This document shows, in pieces, positions 1 through 12,974 of a stretch of DNA of 64,000 nucleotides (the stretch's first letter is position 1; every line of letters begins with the position of its first letter). Where the stretch lies: assembly GCA_951406725.2 (NCBI GenBank), contig OX597814.1, positions 168,516,001-168,580,000 of the forward strand, given 5' to 3'. The notes under the pieces were generated by a model, which searched no databases, was not told the origin of the DNA, and was given only the letters and a program-made list of their open reading frames with translations. Origin of the DNA: Octopus vulgaris (taxonomy: Eukaryota). The translations under genes and the position numbers were made by a program.

Positions 1-437
1 GAGTGCTAACAGCACTATCTGAGCCTGATTGCTGCCAGAGTAGCTGACTAGCTTCTGTGCTGGTGGCATGTAAAAAGCACCATTCGTTACCAGCATTGTC
101 TTACTGGTGCTTGTGCTGGTGGCACATGGAAAACATTCGAGTAAGGTCATTGCTAGAGCCGCTGGACTGGCTCCTGAGCAGGTAGCACTTAAAAAACACC
201 ACTTGAGCGTGGCCGTTGCCAGTACCACCTGAATGGCCCTCGTGCTGGTGGCACATAAAAGCACCAACTACACTCTTGGAGTGGTTGGCTTTAGGAAGGG
301 CATCCAGCTGTAGAAACTCTGCCTGATCAGATTGGAGCCTGGTGCAGCCATCTGGTTCACCAGTCCTCAGTCAAATCGTCCAACCCATGCTAGCATGAAA
401 AGCATACGTTAAACGATGATGATGATGATGATGATGA
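1..437 (+). mobile_element. RTE-clade LINE 3' UTR fragment with (GAT)n tail
   Basis: Tandem GTGCYGGTGGCACRTAAAAAGCACC units, then GGTTGGC.TTAGGAAGGGCATCCAGCTGTAGAAAC and a (GAT)n tail. The same tandem units follow RTE ORF2 sequence at 40972-42170. Confidence 0.8.
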
Positions 438-714
438 TAATGTGTCTATAGTAGAAATTTTTTATTAGTTGTTCATCTTTGAAATAATAACATTCCAAAA
501 TGTATCAGGCTCTCATTTCCAGACCTTCCCAATCTCATTTTAAAATTAAACCATTCTAATGATGGTTTGTCCACATGTTCTGTGATAAGTGGCAAAGGGT
601 CTTGGGAACAATTTCATAACTAGTAAAAATCTTCAACACTGGATTCAAAATTATTGAATGATAAATTCTGGTAGATTTCACGATATGACATTTTTTTTGT
701 GTGATATCATCTTT

Positions 715-1050
715 GTTGGTAACAAAGGGCCTCTCACTCAGAATGAAAGCGGATTTTCATGGCAATGAAACATGGGCTGTGAATGCAGAGGACATGCAAA
801 AGCTTCAGAGAAATGAAGCCAGTATGTTCCACTGGATATGCAATGTCAGTGTTCACGTATGAAGTTAGCTGTGTGAAAAAGTGCTACATCCTAGCGGTTG
901 AGGGAACATGTGGAAGAGGTAGACCCAGGATGAAGTGGTGAAGCACGAACTTTGAACATTAGGCCTCACCGAGGCAATGACTAGTGACTGAGACCTTTGG
1001 AAATATGCAGTGTGTGAGAAGACCCAGCAAGCCAAGTGAGACCATAACCT
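715..1050 (+). mobile_element. Decayed RTE ORF2 C-terminal fragment
   Basis: Reads TKGLSLR...HGNETWAVNAEDMQKLQRNEASMFHW; homologous to 41584-41859 (-). Confidence 0.8.
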
Positions 1051-1689
1051 GGTTTGAGAAAAAAATTAGGTATAAGAGGTATTAGATATAGTGTGCAAGG
1101 GGGAAGACTGCTGGTGTGATCGTTTGATGTGTATGGATGAGAAGAGCTGCATAAAGAAGTGTTGATTTCCAAATGTGGAGGGAAGGCCTGAGGAAGAAGT
1201 AGACTCAGGAAGGCATGGGATGAAGTGGTGAGAAATGATCTTCAGATGTTGAGATTCAAAGGACTGAGACAACTTGTGGTTTGCTCTGCTTGAAAAGACC
1301 TGCCCAGCTAAGTAAAGTCCAGGTTCATGTCCCCCCCACTCCATTACCTATGCTCACCACTGCTGTATTCCCCTCTCCCTCAAGTACCTACCTGCACACA
1401 GTGTCCTTGTTAAATTCCTTCCCCACAACATGTCATCCTATACCTCCTCCCTCTACTAGCACCCACATATTACATCCCTCCCTCAGCTATCACTCACCTT
1501 TTGCAATTTTGTGCACTCACCCAACACCTCACCCTCTCCAATCCCTGGTCCACTTCACTATAAACATCTCCCTGTAACTTGGGTGTTTGGCCCTTGACCT
1601 CACTCATCTTCTTTCACCATCTTTTTTCCTTCTCCTCTTTCTCTCCATCTGAGGTAGCCATGTCCTAATGCAAGACATTTTTGTTGTCC

Positions 1690-1917
1690 CTTTCGATTGA
1701 GGGGTCTTGACCTGCAAGTTACTTGGTGACCTCCCTGCTGCTGCTGACGCCATGTAAAAGTACCCTTTACACTCTGGTTGGCATCCAGCCATAGAAACCA
1801 TGCTAAACCAGACAGCAGAGCTTGGTACAGATTTCTGATTTGCCAGTTCCTGTCAAACCATCCTATACATACCAACATAGAAAATGGACGTTAAATGATG
1901 ATGATGATGATAAGAAC

Positions 1918-1995
<78 letters not shown>
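1690..1995 (+). mobile_element. RTE 3' end with expanded (GAT)n tail (1894-1995)
   Basis: GGTTGGCATCCAGCC...GGACGTTAAAT followed by (GAT)n. Confidence 0.7.
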
Positions 1996-2384
1996 AATAT
2001 CTATAAAATTATTTTCCCTATGAGTAGAGTTTCTATGGAATTCTATATACAATTCAAGTGCTGTCAACTAAAATTTATCCAATTACATTTTGTTTACAAC
2101 GGCTCCTGGTTGCAAATGTATAGTCAACCAATGATAAAGTGTCATAGTCCAATGGGAGAATTTGAATCATGATGCTTACAAGTTTTATGTCTATATTGAA
2201 ATATGTATATGATGCTGGTTGTCTGAAGTATGTTCCAAACCAAACATAAAAGACTAATAAAGAAAAATATGGAACAGCCTTAATAAAACAAAATCAAACA
2301 AGAATATGGTCATGCCTTTAATATATCAATGTAACATGTTTTGAAAGAAAAGCAGTTCCTTATTTACGCTAATATATATATATG

Positions 2385-3050
2385 TGAAGGTGCATGGCTT
2401 AGTGGTTAGGGTGTTGCACTCACAGTTGCAAGATCATGGGTTCAATTCTCAGACCCAACATTGCATTGTGTTCTTAAGCAAAGCACTTCATTTCATGTTG
2501 CTCTCTTTTACTTGTTTCAGTCATTTGACTGTAGCCATGCTGGAGCACCACCTTTAGTTGAGCAACTTGACCCCAGGACTTATTCTTTGTAAGCCTAGTA
2601 CTTATTCTATTGGTCTCTTTTGCCAAACCGCTAAGTTACGGGGATGTAAACCTACCAGCATCGGTTGTCAAGCGATGTTGGGGTGACAAACACAGACACA
2701 CAAACACACACACACACACATACGGCAGTTTCGGTCTACCAAATCCACTCACAAGGGTTTGGTTAGCCCGAGGCTATAGTAGAAGACACTTGCCCAAGAT
2801 GCCATGCAGCGAGACTGAACCCGGAACCAGGTGGTTGGTAAGCAAGCTACTTACCACACAGCCACTCCTACGCCTATGCTCTGTGATCATTTCATCATCT
2901 GACATGTGGCACAGGGTGCACCTGTACAGGTAATGTCGATTTGATGGAGGGAGTGAGCTTATGTCTACACAAACATTTGATTACTATAAACAAATTATCT
3001 GTGTGGTTGTTTGGCAAGAAATTGCCAAACCCTCATACATCATCTAATGA
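2385..3050 (+). mobile_element. tRNA-headed SINE (group D) interrupted by an antisense group A SINE
   Basis: A box TGGCTTAGTGG and B box GGTTCAATTC. The insert is flanked by TSD TGCTCT at 2499-2504 and 2877-2882. Confidence 0.7.
2505..2876 (-). mobile_element. SINE group A (tRNA head, CORE-like GCACCTTGGGCAAGTG, internal TA/TG microsatellite, AGTAAAAG tail)
   Basis: Multi-copy family in the window, Pol III A/B boxes, 6-bp TSD. Confidence 0.85.
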
Positions 3051-3076
3051 TGGGAGAGGCCATTATTATGTGTATG

Positions 3077-3155
<79 letters not shown>

Positions 3156-3370
3156 GCATGTGTGTGTGTGTGTGTATGTATGTATATTATGTATTATGTA
3201 TATATCAATATTACGCTTAGGCATAGTGAAACTGACAACTTGGTGTTAGAACTTCATATGCATATGCTTCTAAAAAAAGGCATTCAAAGCATTATTTGAG
3301 TACAGAGTAAATGACATGGGAATGAAATTATGTAATGAACTTCATATATATATGTATGTATATATATATA

Positions 3371-5016
3371 CTAGCAGTATCGCCCGGCGTTGCTCGGGTT
3401 TGTTTCGATCCGCTGGAATTGTAATTTTGAAAAGTAAAAATTTTGTGAACATTTTTCTGGTCGAAATACACCGAAAAGGGGCGACACAGCAGTGAAAAAA
3501 TCGTAAAAAATAGGGATTTTCATAGAAAAAAGCATCTTTTTGATGTAAATAATTTTTGGTGTTAACATGGTCCGATTTGAATTTTATGTTCTACGGAAGG
3601 AAGAGCAACCCTTCTTCTACCATACTCTCAATTTTGGTCAACTTGCGCCGCAGGGTCTCGGAGGAGATAGTGTTAGTTGAAGGTTACCATTGTAGGTGCC
3701 TGAGTAACAACCTCGCGGATTTACAGATAAATGAATTAATTACTATTTTACAGAATAAAATTAAATAATTCTTGAAAATTAATTAATATTAATATTTTTT
3801 GAACAAAGTAAATAATTTTTAAAACTTAAATAATAATTTTTTTTACACAAACGCGAACGGGGAAAAGGGGGTGGCGAATTCGATTTACATACCTAAATTT
3901 TTTCTTTTTCATGACATTGTAGCAAAATAGTAGTGAATTATATAAATACCAGCAGTACATTTTTTTTTCTGGGGTATTTTTTTCAACCTCGTCACATATT
4001 TGCCCCTTTCAATTTAAACAAAGTCTTAATTAAGCAATTACGGCAGCTTAGCAATGGTTTCAATACAGGCGTGACATCTGTATCTCAATTGTTCAAAACC
4101 CTTCGAATTTTTTCGCACGTGATGATATCATAGTGAAAACTTTCAATTACGTGCGCTTAGAAGTACGCTCGCAAATTAATACTACCAAAATTTTGAAGTT
4201 CGCGCTCCGCTTGTGTGTGTGCGTGCTTTAGGTGTACGTAGGTATGTGTTTTTGTGTGTGTGTGTCACTGAAGCCATACATACATATATACATACATAAC
4301 CTCTCTCTCTCTTTTCTCTCTCAGTCACTCACTACAAAAAGTGAATAAAAAAAGTTCAGTTATTTCTGTCTTTCACTCTGTCTGTCTCTTTACACACACT
4401 AACAAAAGCACTTCACTTACACACCACACTTTCTGTGTCGCACAACCCATCAAACACACACACACACTCACGCACGCACACATGTACATCAATGCTTTCG
4501 GAGTGAAATGTTAAAATATTGAGTTTTCTCGAATTTTGTCTTAATTGGGGGTGAAATTGAAAGAAATATATTATGGCATGACCGAATGGAGTACTTTGAA
4601 AAATCTTAGGTAAACTCTAATTGAAGAAATTGTGTGAGGAGTAAATCGTTATGTATTTATTTGTTTCTGTTTGCTGTGTTTTTTTATTTTTTGAGTAGTG
4701 GTTTAAATACTTTCAGTTTAGTCTTCCTCAAATCACTCTGTCGCTATTTACTTTCATTTTATTCGTTGCACACTGTGTGTGTGCGTGTGCGTGTGGTGTA
4801 AACCACATTAAGAAAAGCATTTGGCATACACACCAGAATGTGAGTTTTCTGTAAATTTTGTTTAATTGGAGTTTAAATTTTAAAAACTGGACCTGGCATG
4901 ACCCGATGCATTCTACTCTTAAAAATGCTAGGTAAATTGTAATTGAAGAAATCCTATATTGTAGATTTCTATAAGTTACAAAGGGAGGCAGATAAAATCT
5001 GCCTTTTATAATAAGA
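3371..5016 (-). mobile_element. Non-autonomous Helitron (~1.65 kb)
   Basis: 5' TC(TTATTATAAAAG). 3' hairpin CCCGAGCAACGCCGGG followed by CTAG. Inserted between A and T. 3' end shared with 6626-7022 and 50330-50727. Confidence 0.8.
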
Positions 5017-5040
5017 TATATATATATATATATATATATA

Positions 5041-5362
5041 TAGGAGCGGGAGTGTCTGTGTTGTATGTATCTTGCTTACCAACCACATGGAGACTGAAAG
5101 AAGCCCGTCGTATATATATATTTATATATATATATATATGTATATGTTTGTGTGCCTGTGTTTGTTCCCTCCATCATCGTTTGACAACTGATGTCGGTGT
5201 GTTTATGTCCCCGTAACTTAGTGGTTTGGCAAAAGCGACTGATAGAATAAGTACTAGGCTTACAAAGAGTAAGTTCTGGGGGGTTGATTTGCATGACTAA
5301 AGGTAATGCTCCAGCAAGGCTGCAGTCAAATGACTGAAACAAATAAAAGAATAAAAGAATAT
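5041..5362 (+). mobile_element. SINE group A, internally deleted
   Basis: Family head and tail present, CORE-like part missing. Confidence 0.8.
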
Positions 5363-5365
5363 ATA

Positions 5366-5412
<47 letters not shown>

Positions 5413-5465
5413 AATTGAAAAAATTGGAGTCAAGAAGAGAGGGAACAGTTGGACATTTACTTTTT

Positions 5466-5575
5466 CATTCACTACAATTGTTTCCAGACAATGTAGTTCT
5501 CCTGGTGGGCAGGTACTTAATTAGCAACTGTTTCCCTGTATTATGAGATCTAGTTATGTTTCCTCAGGTAATATG
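5466..5575 (-). ncRNA. Degenerate hammerhead-like motif (Penelope pLTR remnant)
   Basis: On the - strand: CTGAGGA...GAAAC-AATT-GTA. Stem II is weak. Confidence 0.35.
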
Positions 5576-5964
5576 TAAATATTGCCTGAGGAATATAGGT
5601 TTAAAATCCTTGGTTTCAAGAACATCCTCTTTGTCATGGCCTGAATTTAGTAGCTGTCACTGAGCTTATCAGAGTGAGTTGTAGTTAAGGGCCATTGGCA
5701 AACTGCTTTGAATGTGTAGATGTAGTGGGACACTGATTCTGGTATTGTTAAAGTGTTTGCCATTTTAAAGGGATTAGTACTTGATTTCTTTGTACTGCTG
5801 ATTTGTTCTTCATGGCTGGTTACACATGTGATTGCCCTTAGTTGACCTTTAAGAGTCAATGCTCAGGCGCATACACACATACATGCACACATGGTCACAC
5901 ACAAACACATATATATACATATATACATTCACATACATATATGACTGTATGTATATATGCATAC

Positions 5965-6009
<45 letters not shown>

Positions 6010-6625
6010 CACCCGTGTATAAATAAATGTAGGAGCCACTCTTATTCTTTCACCTTTGCCCTTCCTCAAACTGACACTTACTATCAATACACTTCCACAC
6101 TGGTTCCATTCATTACATTCACCTTTACACCTATCTAACTATCTGTCACTCTCCTCTCGCACTCCAATGAACTTGTTCACCATTCCTGATTCTTTGTATT
6201 TTCTCTTATACTCAATTCTTGAATCTTGGGAGTACACTCTCACATTTCATCACTACCATCATTGTCTTCTTTCCAGCTGCAGGTGAGCCATGTATCTCTT
6301 TTATAGTCAGATACCTATGCCTATCCCTCTATCATTCTTTGGCCTCCCAACAACTGGCATAAAGCCATCTCCCTCTTGACTACAACTCCACTCAATTGAA
6401 GGGTCCTGTGGATGACACAGTGATCTCACTAATGTCAAGGCCATGAAAAAAAAAAGCACTCAGTTACTATCAATAAAGTTGGCAACAGGAAACCATGCTG
6501 TAGAAACCATGCCAAAATAGATAGAGCTCAATGCTGTCCTCCAGTTCAATGGATCCTGTCAAATCATCTAACCTCAGCTTGGAAACAGGACATTAAATGA
6601 TGGTAATGATATATATATATATATA

Positions 6626-7022
6626 TCTTTATATATAAAAGTGAAGTTGTGTGTCTGTCTCCTACGATTTAGATTCCTAACTACTCCCACATTTTGTGGT
6701 GCAGTTTAACCAAAACCGGGTATCTTATAGTCGTGATTCATATCGAGCCCTTCTGGGTATTAGCGCGCGTCTACGATGAGACTATGATTTAAAAAAAAAT
6801 TTACTATAATTTTTTTCCATTTTAATGCATTTTTTTCGCTATTATATAAGGGAAGTAACTCTCTAAAAATGTCTACGATGAGTCAACGATTTTTAAAAAA
6901 TTTACCATCATTTTGTTTTCCATTTTTAATGCATTTTTTTGCTATTTTTTGGCTATAACTCTAAAAATGCTTATATAGTTATTTCCCTTACAAACCCGAG
7001 CAATGCCAGGCGATACTGCTAG
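6626..7022 (+). mobile_element. Non-autonomous Helitron (~400 bp)
   Basis: A|TCTTTATATATAAAAG...hairpin...CTAG|T. Second copy at 50330-50727. Confidence 0.85.
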
Positions 7023-7078
7023 TATATATATATATACATATGTATGTCTCTGTGTGTGTGTGTGAGTGCATGTGTATA

Positions 7079-8310
7079 CAGGGTGGGGTAGAGAAGACGG
7101 ACGTTTTTGAAAAATTCACAAAATCCTTAATTTTAGCTGCAAACAAATTTTATTGACATCAATATGTTTGTACTGGATTAGAATTTGTCAAAATCAAATG
7201 TGGAAAATAACATCCATCATGTGGTGTCCATTTTCATTGATGCATTTTTGAAGGTGTTCTTGGAAGTTGGCTTCCACTTTCTCTAGAATTGCTCTGTCTA
7301 TTTGGGTGACTTGCATGTGAATAGCTTCCTTCAAATCGTCCAACGTACAGGGTTTTAGTGCATACACTCATGCCTTGAGGTTTCCTCATAATAATCACAT
7401 ATGATGAAATCAGTTGACCAAGAGAGCCAAGGAATGTCAGCAAACTTGGAAATGATGTGGTTACCAAAGAGAAAACGAAGGACATCCATTGATGCTCTGG
7501 CTGTGTGGGCCATTGCTCTATCCTGCTGAAACCACACATGTCAAACAGGCATACGTTTTCATCATAATTCAGGCACAAGGAAGTTGTTTATCATCTCAAT
7601 GTAACTCTCAGAGTTCACAGTTGCAGCATTTCCATTATTGTCTTCAAGGAAATAAGGACCAATAACAGCAGCTTTTTCAACAGCACCATTTTTGTGTTGT
7701 GCAGTGGTCTTTCAAGCAGTTCTCTTGGATTTTCAAAAGCCCAATAAAGGCAGTTCTGTTGATTCACCATGCCATTGAGATTCATCACTCGTTAACAAAA
7801 TAAAGTTGTTGTTTACCTCAAAAATTGACATGCGAAGTTAAGCCATTCTGCATAGTCCCATGGTTTAAACTGTTGCCCAATGACCAATTTGTATGGGTGG
7901 AAATGCAGGTCTTCATGCAAAATACACCTTACTGATTGATAACCAATGCCAAGTTCAGTGGAATACCTCCAAGCAGAGCAATTTGGACTCCATATTAAAG
8001 CTTGTCTGACAGTGTCCACATTTTCCAGGGTCCATACCATTCATGGCACCTCCAACAGCCTGATTTTGGTGAATGTTGAAGTGGTGCCAAGACTCATGCT
8101 AAACTGCTGTGACTGACTCGTTATTCTTCACGTAACTGTTATAGGTGAAAACATGATGCTCTATTGTCCACAGTACCATGGCTTCACTTGAAAAGGAAAA
8201 AAACGTGCTTAGATGCCATGGTCCAAATGGTACCTGTTGGACATATGTTCCTCACCTTGGGGCTGAGTAATAGCCATTTCAAAAATGTCCATCCTCTGTG
8301 CCCCACCCTT
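7079..8310 (-). mobile_element. Tc1/mariner-superfamily DD41D (rosa/Visitor-type) transposon, decayed
   Basis: ~33-bp imperfect TIRs CAGGGTGGGGYA.AGA.GA.GGAC.TTTTTGAAA with TA flanks. WFQQD-x41-D in ORF 7355-7537 and LHFHPYK in ORF 7813-8040. Multiple frameshifts. Confidence 0.85.
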
Positions 8311-8477
8311 TATATATATATATATATATATATAAACACACACACATATGTATACATACATACATATAGTAAGTGCTAGCATACTTGATGTAGTAAATGT
8401 TGTTAATTAAGAAATTTTAATTAATCAAATTTAAGTATGCAAAGCTGTCAGAAATGAGTCTCATGGTGATAGTTTTA

Positions 8478-8512
8478 AATATGTTTCAGATTTATTTGAT
8501 CTCATCAGCAAA
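8478..8512 (-). ncRNA. Degenerate minimal hammerhead-like motif
   Basis: CTGATGA-GATCAAATAAATCT-GAAAC-ATAT-TTA; cleavage triplet apparently mutated. Confidence 0.35.
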
Positions 8513-8597
8513 TATGAGATCAAATAACTCTAATTCTTATTGCAGATCTTATACAAGTAAGCTAATTATGTGATATAATTAAGTCTATATAAGATCA

Positions 8598-8992
8598 ATG
8601 ATTCCAGGTTCAGTCCCACTGTGTGGCATCTTGAGCAAGTATCTTCTACTATAGCCTTGCGTCAACCAAAGCCTTGTGAGTGGATTTGGTTAGCGGAAAC
8701 TGAAAGAAGCCTGTCATATAAGTATATATCTCTATATATGTATATATGTATGTGTGTGCATCTTTGTGTATGCGTTGTCCTCCACCACTGCTTGACAACT
8801 GATGTTCGTGGGTGGTTTACATCCCCATAACTTGGTGGTTCAGCAAATGTGACTGATAGAATACGAATAAGAACCAGGCTTTACAAAAGATAAGAATTAC
8901 TGGGGTTGATTTGTTTGACTAATAGTTTTCGAGGTGATGCCCCAGCATGGCCGCAATTTAATAAGTAAAACAAATAAAAGATAAAGATAAAG
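8598..8992 (+). mobile_element. SINE group A, 5'-truncated
   Basis: GGTTCAGTCCCACTG...; AAAGAT-type tail. Confidence 0.8.
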
Positions 8993-9519
8993 GATATTGT
9001 TGGTAAGTCAACATGGATATTAGCATATTTTAGGAAATAAATATTTTCAGGAATTCCTCAAAGACAAAGCATATTTCACATGAGAAACATGTGTGTTGGT
9101 GCTATATTATTACAATTGTTGATGGTAGGATGGAGTCAGCTGGTGAAGTGGTAGGGGTGGTGGTAGTGGCAGTGGTGGTGATGGTGGTGGCAGGAGTGGT
9201 GACGGCGGCGGTGGCAGTGGTTTTGGTGTTTGGATCTAAACTGTCTCTGATTGAGCAGACTTAATCAAAAACTTCCAGCTGTGACCACATATGTCTTATA
9301 ACCAGATGTACAAGTTCCAGGGTAGTATTATCAAATGTGTCCTCTTTAAGATAGCAAACTGTGTTGAGAAAGAGAGAGAGAGAGAGAGGGGGGGGAGAAA
9401 GAGAGAGGGAGAGAGATTTAGCTGTTGTTTTCAGCAGTTTTTGAAATTGTTTAGCAGCTCTTTATTGGCTTGGTTGTTATTTTTGTTGTTGTGGTGTAGT
9501 TAATGTTAGCAGTAATGCT

Positions 9520-9558
9520 GGTAGTGCTGGTGCTTGTAGCAGTAGCAATAGCAATAGC

Positions 9559-9618
<60 letters not shown>

Positions 9619-9703
9619 CGCAGTAGTAGTTGTCGCAGAAGTAGTGCCTGTTGTTTACAGTTTATGGTAATTATAAAGATGATTACGATGATGATGATGA
9701 CAG

Positions 9704-9749
<46 letters not shown>

Positions 9750-9782
9750 AATGATCATGATGGTGATGATGATAATGATGGC
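9520..9782. repeat. (TAG)n and (GAT)n microsatellites
   Basis: Direct reading. Confidence 0.95.
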
Positions 9783-10195
9783 GATCACATCATTGCTATG
9801 CTTCCTTTAACAGCCACATTAAAGTCATATAATGTACAGAGTGCAGTGTCGTCCATTGGTCAATATATTTCATTAATATTCACACACACACAGACACAAA
9901 AGTGTGATACAATTTCATATCATATGATTGGATAAATTTGATACTCTTTAAATGCTTAATTACAAAAATATCACTTCTTCAATTTATTGATATCTGAAAC
10001 TTTCTCTTGAAGTTTCTTCCTCAAACATTATTGGTTTTGTATTACTTTAGGGACAACCAGACATTCCAGTAAGAGGGGTCTTTTGTTGTTGTTTTATGTG
10101 CGTGAGTGTGCATATATTTGCATATATATATCATCAACATTATCATCATTGTTTAATGTCTGCCTTCTATGCTAGCGTGAGTTGGACACACATAC

Positions 10196-10229
<34 letters not shown>

Positions 10230-10279
10230 TTCTATATATATAACACACGCATGCATGCACATATACATCCATCCATCCC

Positions 10280-10311
<32 letters not shown>

Positions 10312-10324
10312 TGGACTTTCTTCT

Positions 10325-10360
10325 GCTTCTGAAGAAGAGCTTTGCTCGAAACATAAAATC
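10325..10360 (+). ncRNA. Minimal hammerhead-like motif in Penelope-type repeat
   Basis: CTGAAGA-A-GAGC-TTT-GCTC-GAAAC-ATA; related to 45011-45046. Confidence 0.5.
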
Positions 10361-10594
10361 ATCTTCCTTTCCTTCCCTGAATGTCTACTAATATTTTACA
10401 TCTACCATGTCCTCATGTTGTCGTTTTTTGTGTTTGTTCTTTGTTTATTGTTTTTTTGGATTTACTATATATATATAGATTCAGATGAATTTGGTACTTA
10501 AGTTGAGGCACCAGAATTTAGTAAGGTATTAGCCATACAATTTCAAAATAAGGTGATTAAAATCAAAATAAGCAACAAGGGTATCCAGAGGTCA

Positions 10595-10681
10595 TGCAGT
10601 ACGATCGTTTCATGCAGTTCCATTTAATTGAACAATGCAATCCTTACATCAATTTAAAATGTAGAGCAATCTTCAGCTGCA
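10595..10681 (-). ncRNA. Type I hammerhead ribozyme motif
   Basis: Stem I TGCAG/CTGCA, CTGAAGA, GAAAC-GATC-GTA (palindromic stem III loop). Confidence 0.65.
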
Positions 10682-11915
10682 CAAAGACATAGAATTTAAT
10701 TGAATTAGAACAGATGGACACATTAGTATAATTATACCTAAAATCTCCCTAAGAAACTGTAATATCATTTATGGATGAACACAAACAGCTTTTGAAATCT
10801 ATATTATGCCTCTTGATTTAATATTAGTATATGATTAGCTTGTCCTTTTAGCAAAAATTATCTTTTCAACTAATACCAGGTTTCAGCCCTGATTATAGTA
10901 AGCTAAATAAGTTTATTAACAATTTTTAGTTCATAAATTATTATACATTTTCTATAAATACTTGCTATTAGAGTTAATAAAGAATGAATATTTTATTATT
11001 TTATTATGGTTTTTAGCGCTAACTGATCGTTTTATTATTGCTGTTATTGTTATTTTCATAGCAGCCTTAAATAAATCTAATCCTTGTACCCCTATTAATT
11101 AATACTCAGCTTATATAAGGTAATACCGGTATCTCCACAACTTAAAATTAGTTCAATTTTAATTAAATCAGCATATAGTTGATATGTTCTTTAACCTCAC
11201 TTGCACCCCCCTTATTAAATACCAGTTAAATCTATTTGATCAATCTCCATGGAAACCATATAATAAGTTAATATTTTAGATAAGTAATTAATATATAAAT
11301 ATTAATCTATTTCTTTGCAATTTCCTTTTCCTTCCTCTATTGAGGTAAAAATTTGGTATATACTCAAAATATTCAAAGAAGTGGTATCCTTTTGTAACAA
11401 TTTTCATTCTTAATAATCTTCTTGATTACTCTAAAAGAAAATGTATAATAATTTATGAGCTAAAAATTGTTAATTAACTTATTTAGCTTACTATAATCAG
11501 GGCTGAAACCTGATAATTTTTGCTAAAAGGACAATCTAATCATATATTAAATTAAGAGGTATAATATAGATTTCAAAAATTATTTGTGTTAATCCATGTC
11601 TTTGAGCTGCTGAAGATTGCTCTACATTTTAAATTGATGTAATGATTGCATTACCCTACCCCAAACGGAAACTGACCTCTGTTTCTCTCAGCCTTAAATA
11701 TACAAGGGATTTGATAAACTGGTCTAGAAATTAAAAATGACCCCATAATACAAAAAAATCAGTGACAAGCAGTGTCTTCTTGAAAATTTTAGTTACAACT
11801 ATGCTGTTGTAGGTACAACATGTTCTTTGTCTATCTCTTTAACTTCTTGGAGATTTTAAGTATAATTATACTAATGTGTCCATCTGTTCTAATTTAATTA
11901 AATTCTATGTCTTTG

Positions 11916-12002
11916 TGCAGCTGAAGATTGCTCTACATTTTAAATTGATATAATGATTACATTGCTCAATTAAATGGAGTTGCATGAAACTATTGTACTG
12001 CA
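11916..12002 (+). ncRNA. Type I hammerhead ribozyme motif (mirror of 10595-10681)
   Basis: TGCAG-CTGAAGA...GAAAC-TATT-GTA-CTGCA. Confidence 0.6.
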
Positions 12003-12092
12003 TTACCTCTGGATAGCCTTGTTGCTTATTTTGTTATATATATATATATACAATTTCTATTTGACTTTTATTTTGATGTTGATGATATATAT

Positions 12093-12495
12093 AAGCACAA
12101 GTGTAGCTGTGTAGTAAGAAGTTTACTTCCCAACCATATGGTGTTGAGTTCAGTTCCACTGTGTGACACTTTGGGCAAATACCTTCTACTATAGCCTCAG
12201 CCCTTGTGAGTGGATTTGGTAGACAGAAACTGGAAGAAGCCGTCACATATATATATGTATATCACTATGTGTGTTTGTCTTTGTGTCTGTGTTTGTCCCC
12301 ACCCCCATCACCACTTGACAACCAGTGTTGGTGCATTTAAGTCCCCATAACTTAGCAGTTCAGCAAAAAAAAAATCAATAGAATACGTACGAGGCTTAAA
12401 AAATAAGCCCTGGAGTCAATTTGTTTGACTAAAACCCTCCAAGGTGGTGCTCCAGCATGGCCACAGTCAAATGACTAAAACTATTAAAAGAATAA
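12093..12495 (+). mobile_element. SINE group A
   Basis: Full family sequence, diverged. Confidence 0.8.
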
Positions 12496-12974
12496 TATAT
12501 ATATATATATATATAAATAAATATGACCAGCTTCTTTCAGCCAGATCCACTCGTAAAGCATTGCTTGGCTGGGGTTAATAGTAGCTGAAACACTTGCCCA
12601 AGGTGTCACACACATATCCATGTCAGCACCTATGATGTGAAATAAAGCTATTTATCAGAAACGGAATAATGAGTGAAAGTTGCTGCCTATTATAGATTAT
12701 ATGCTATCAAAGACTTTGTCATTTCTTGTACAGTAAACGTGCTGCCTGTTAAAGATCAATCAATCACATGCTATCAAATAGTTTGTCATTTCTGATGCAG
12801 TAAATGGATATCACTGATCTCATACAGTGAATTCAATAGCCCTTAGCTCCTGGGTTTTAAAAAAAGTCTTTTTATGTTGAACATGTTTATAATTCATGAC
12901 TATTTTCAGTCACGTGTATATGTGTGTATGTGTGAGGTTGTGTGTGTGTTTGTGCATATTTATGTCGTCGTCAT

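Larger units (their letters stand above)
10565..12033. repeat. Nested inverted repeats (Penelope-like pLTR structure)
   Basis: 10565-10755 is the reverse complement of 11845-12033, and 10772-10953 of 11436-11597. Partial third copy at 11607-11652. Confidence 0.8.

Noticed and set aside
55-265. CRISPR-like look: ~25-bp conserved repeat with ~35-40-bp spacers (also 31195-31475)
   Set aside because: The spacers are homologous to one another, the array is part of a LINE 3' UTR, there are no cas genes, and the context is eukaryotic.
12679-12805. ~60-bp diverged tandem duplication
   Set aside because: Ordinary local duplication with no further structure.
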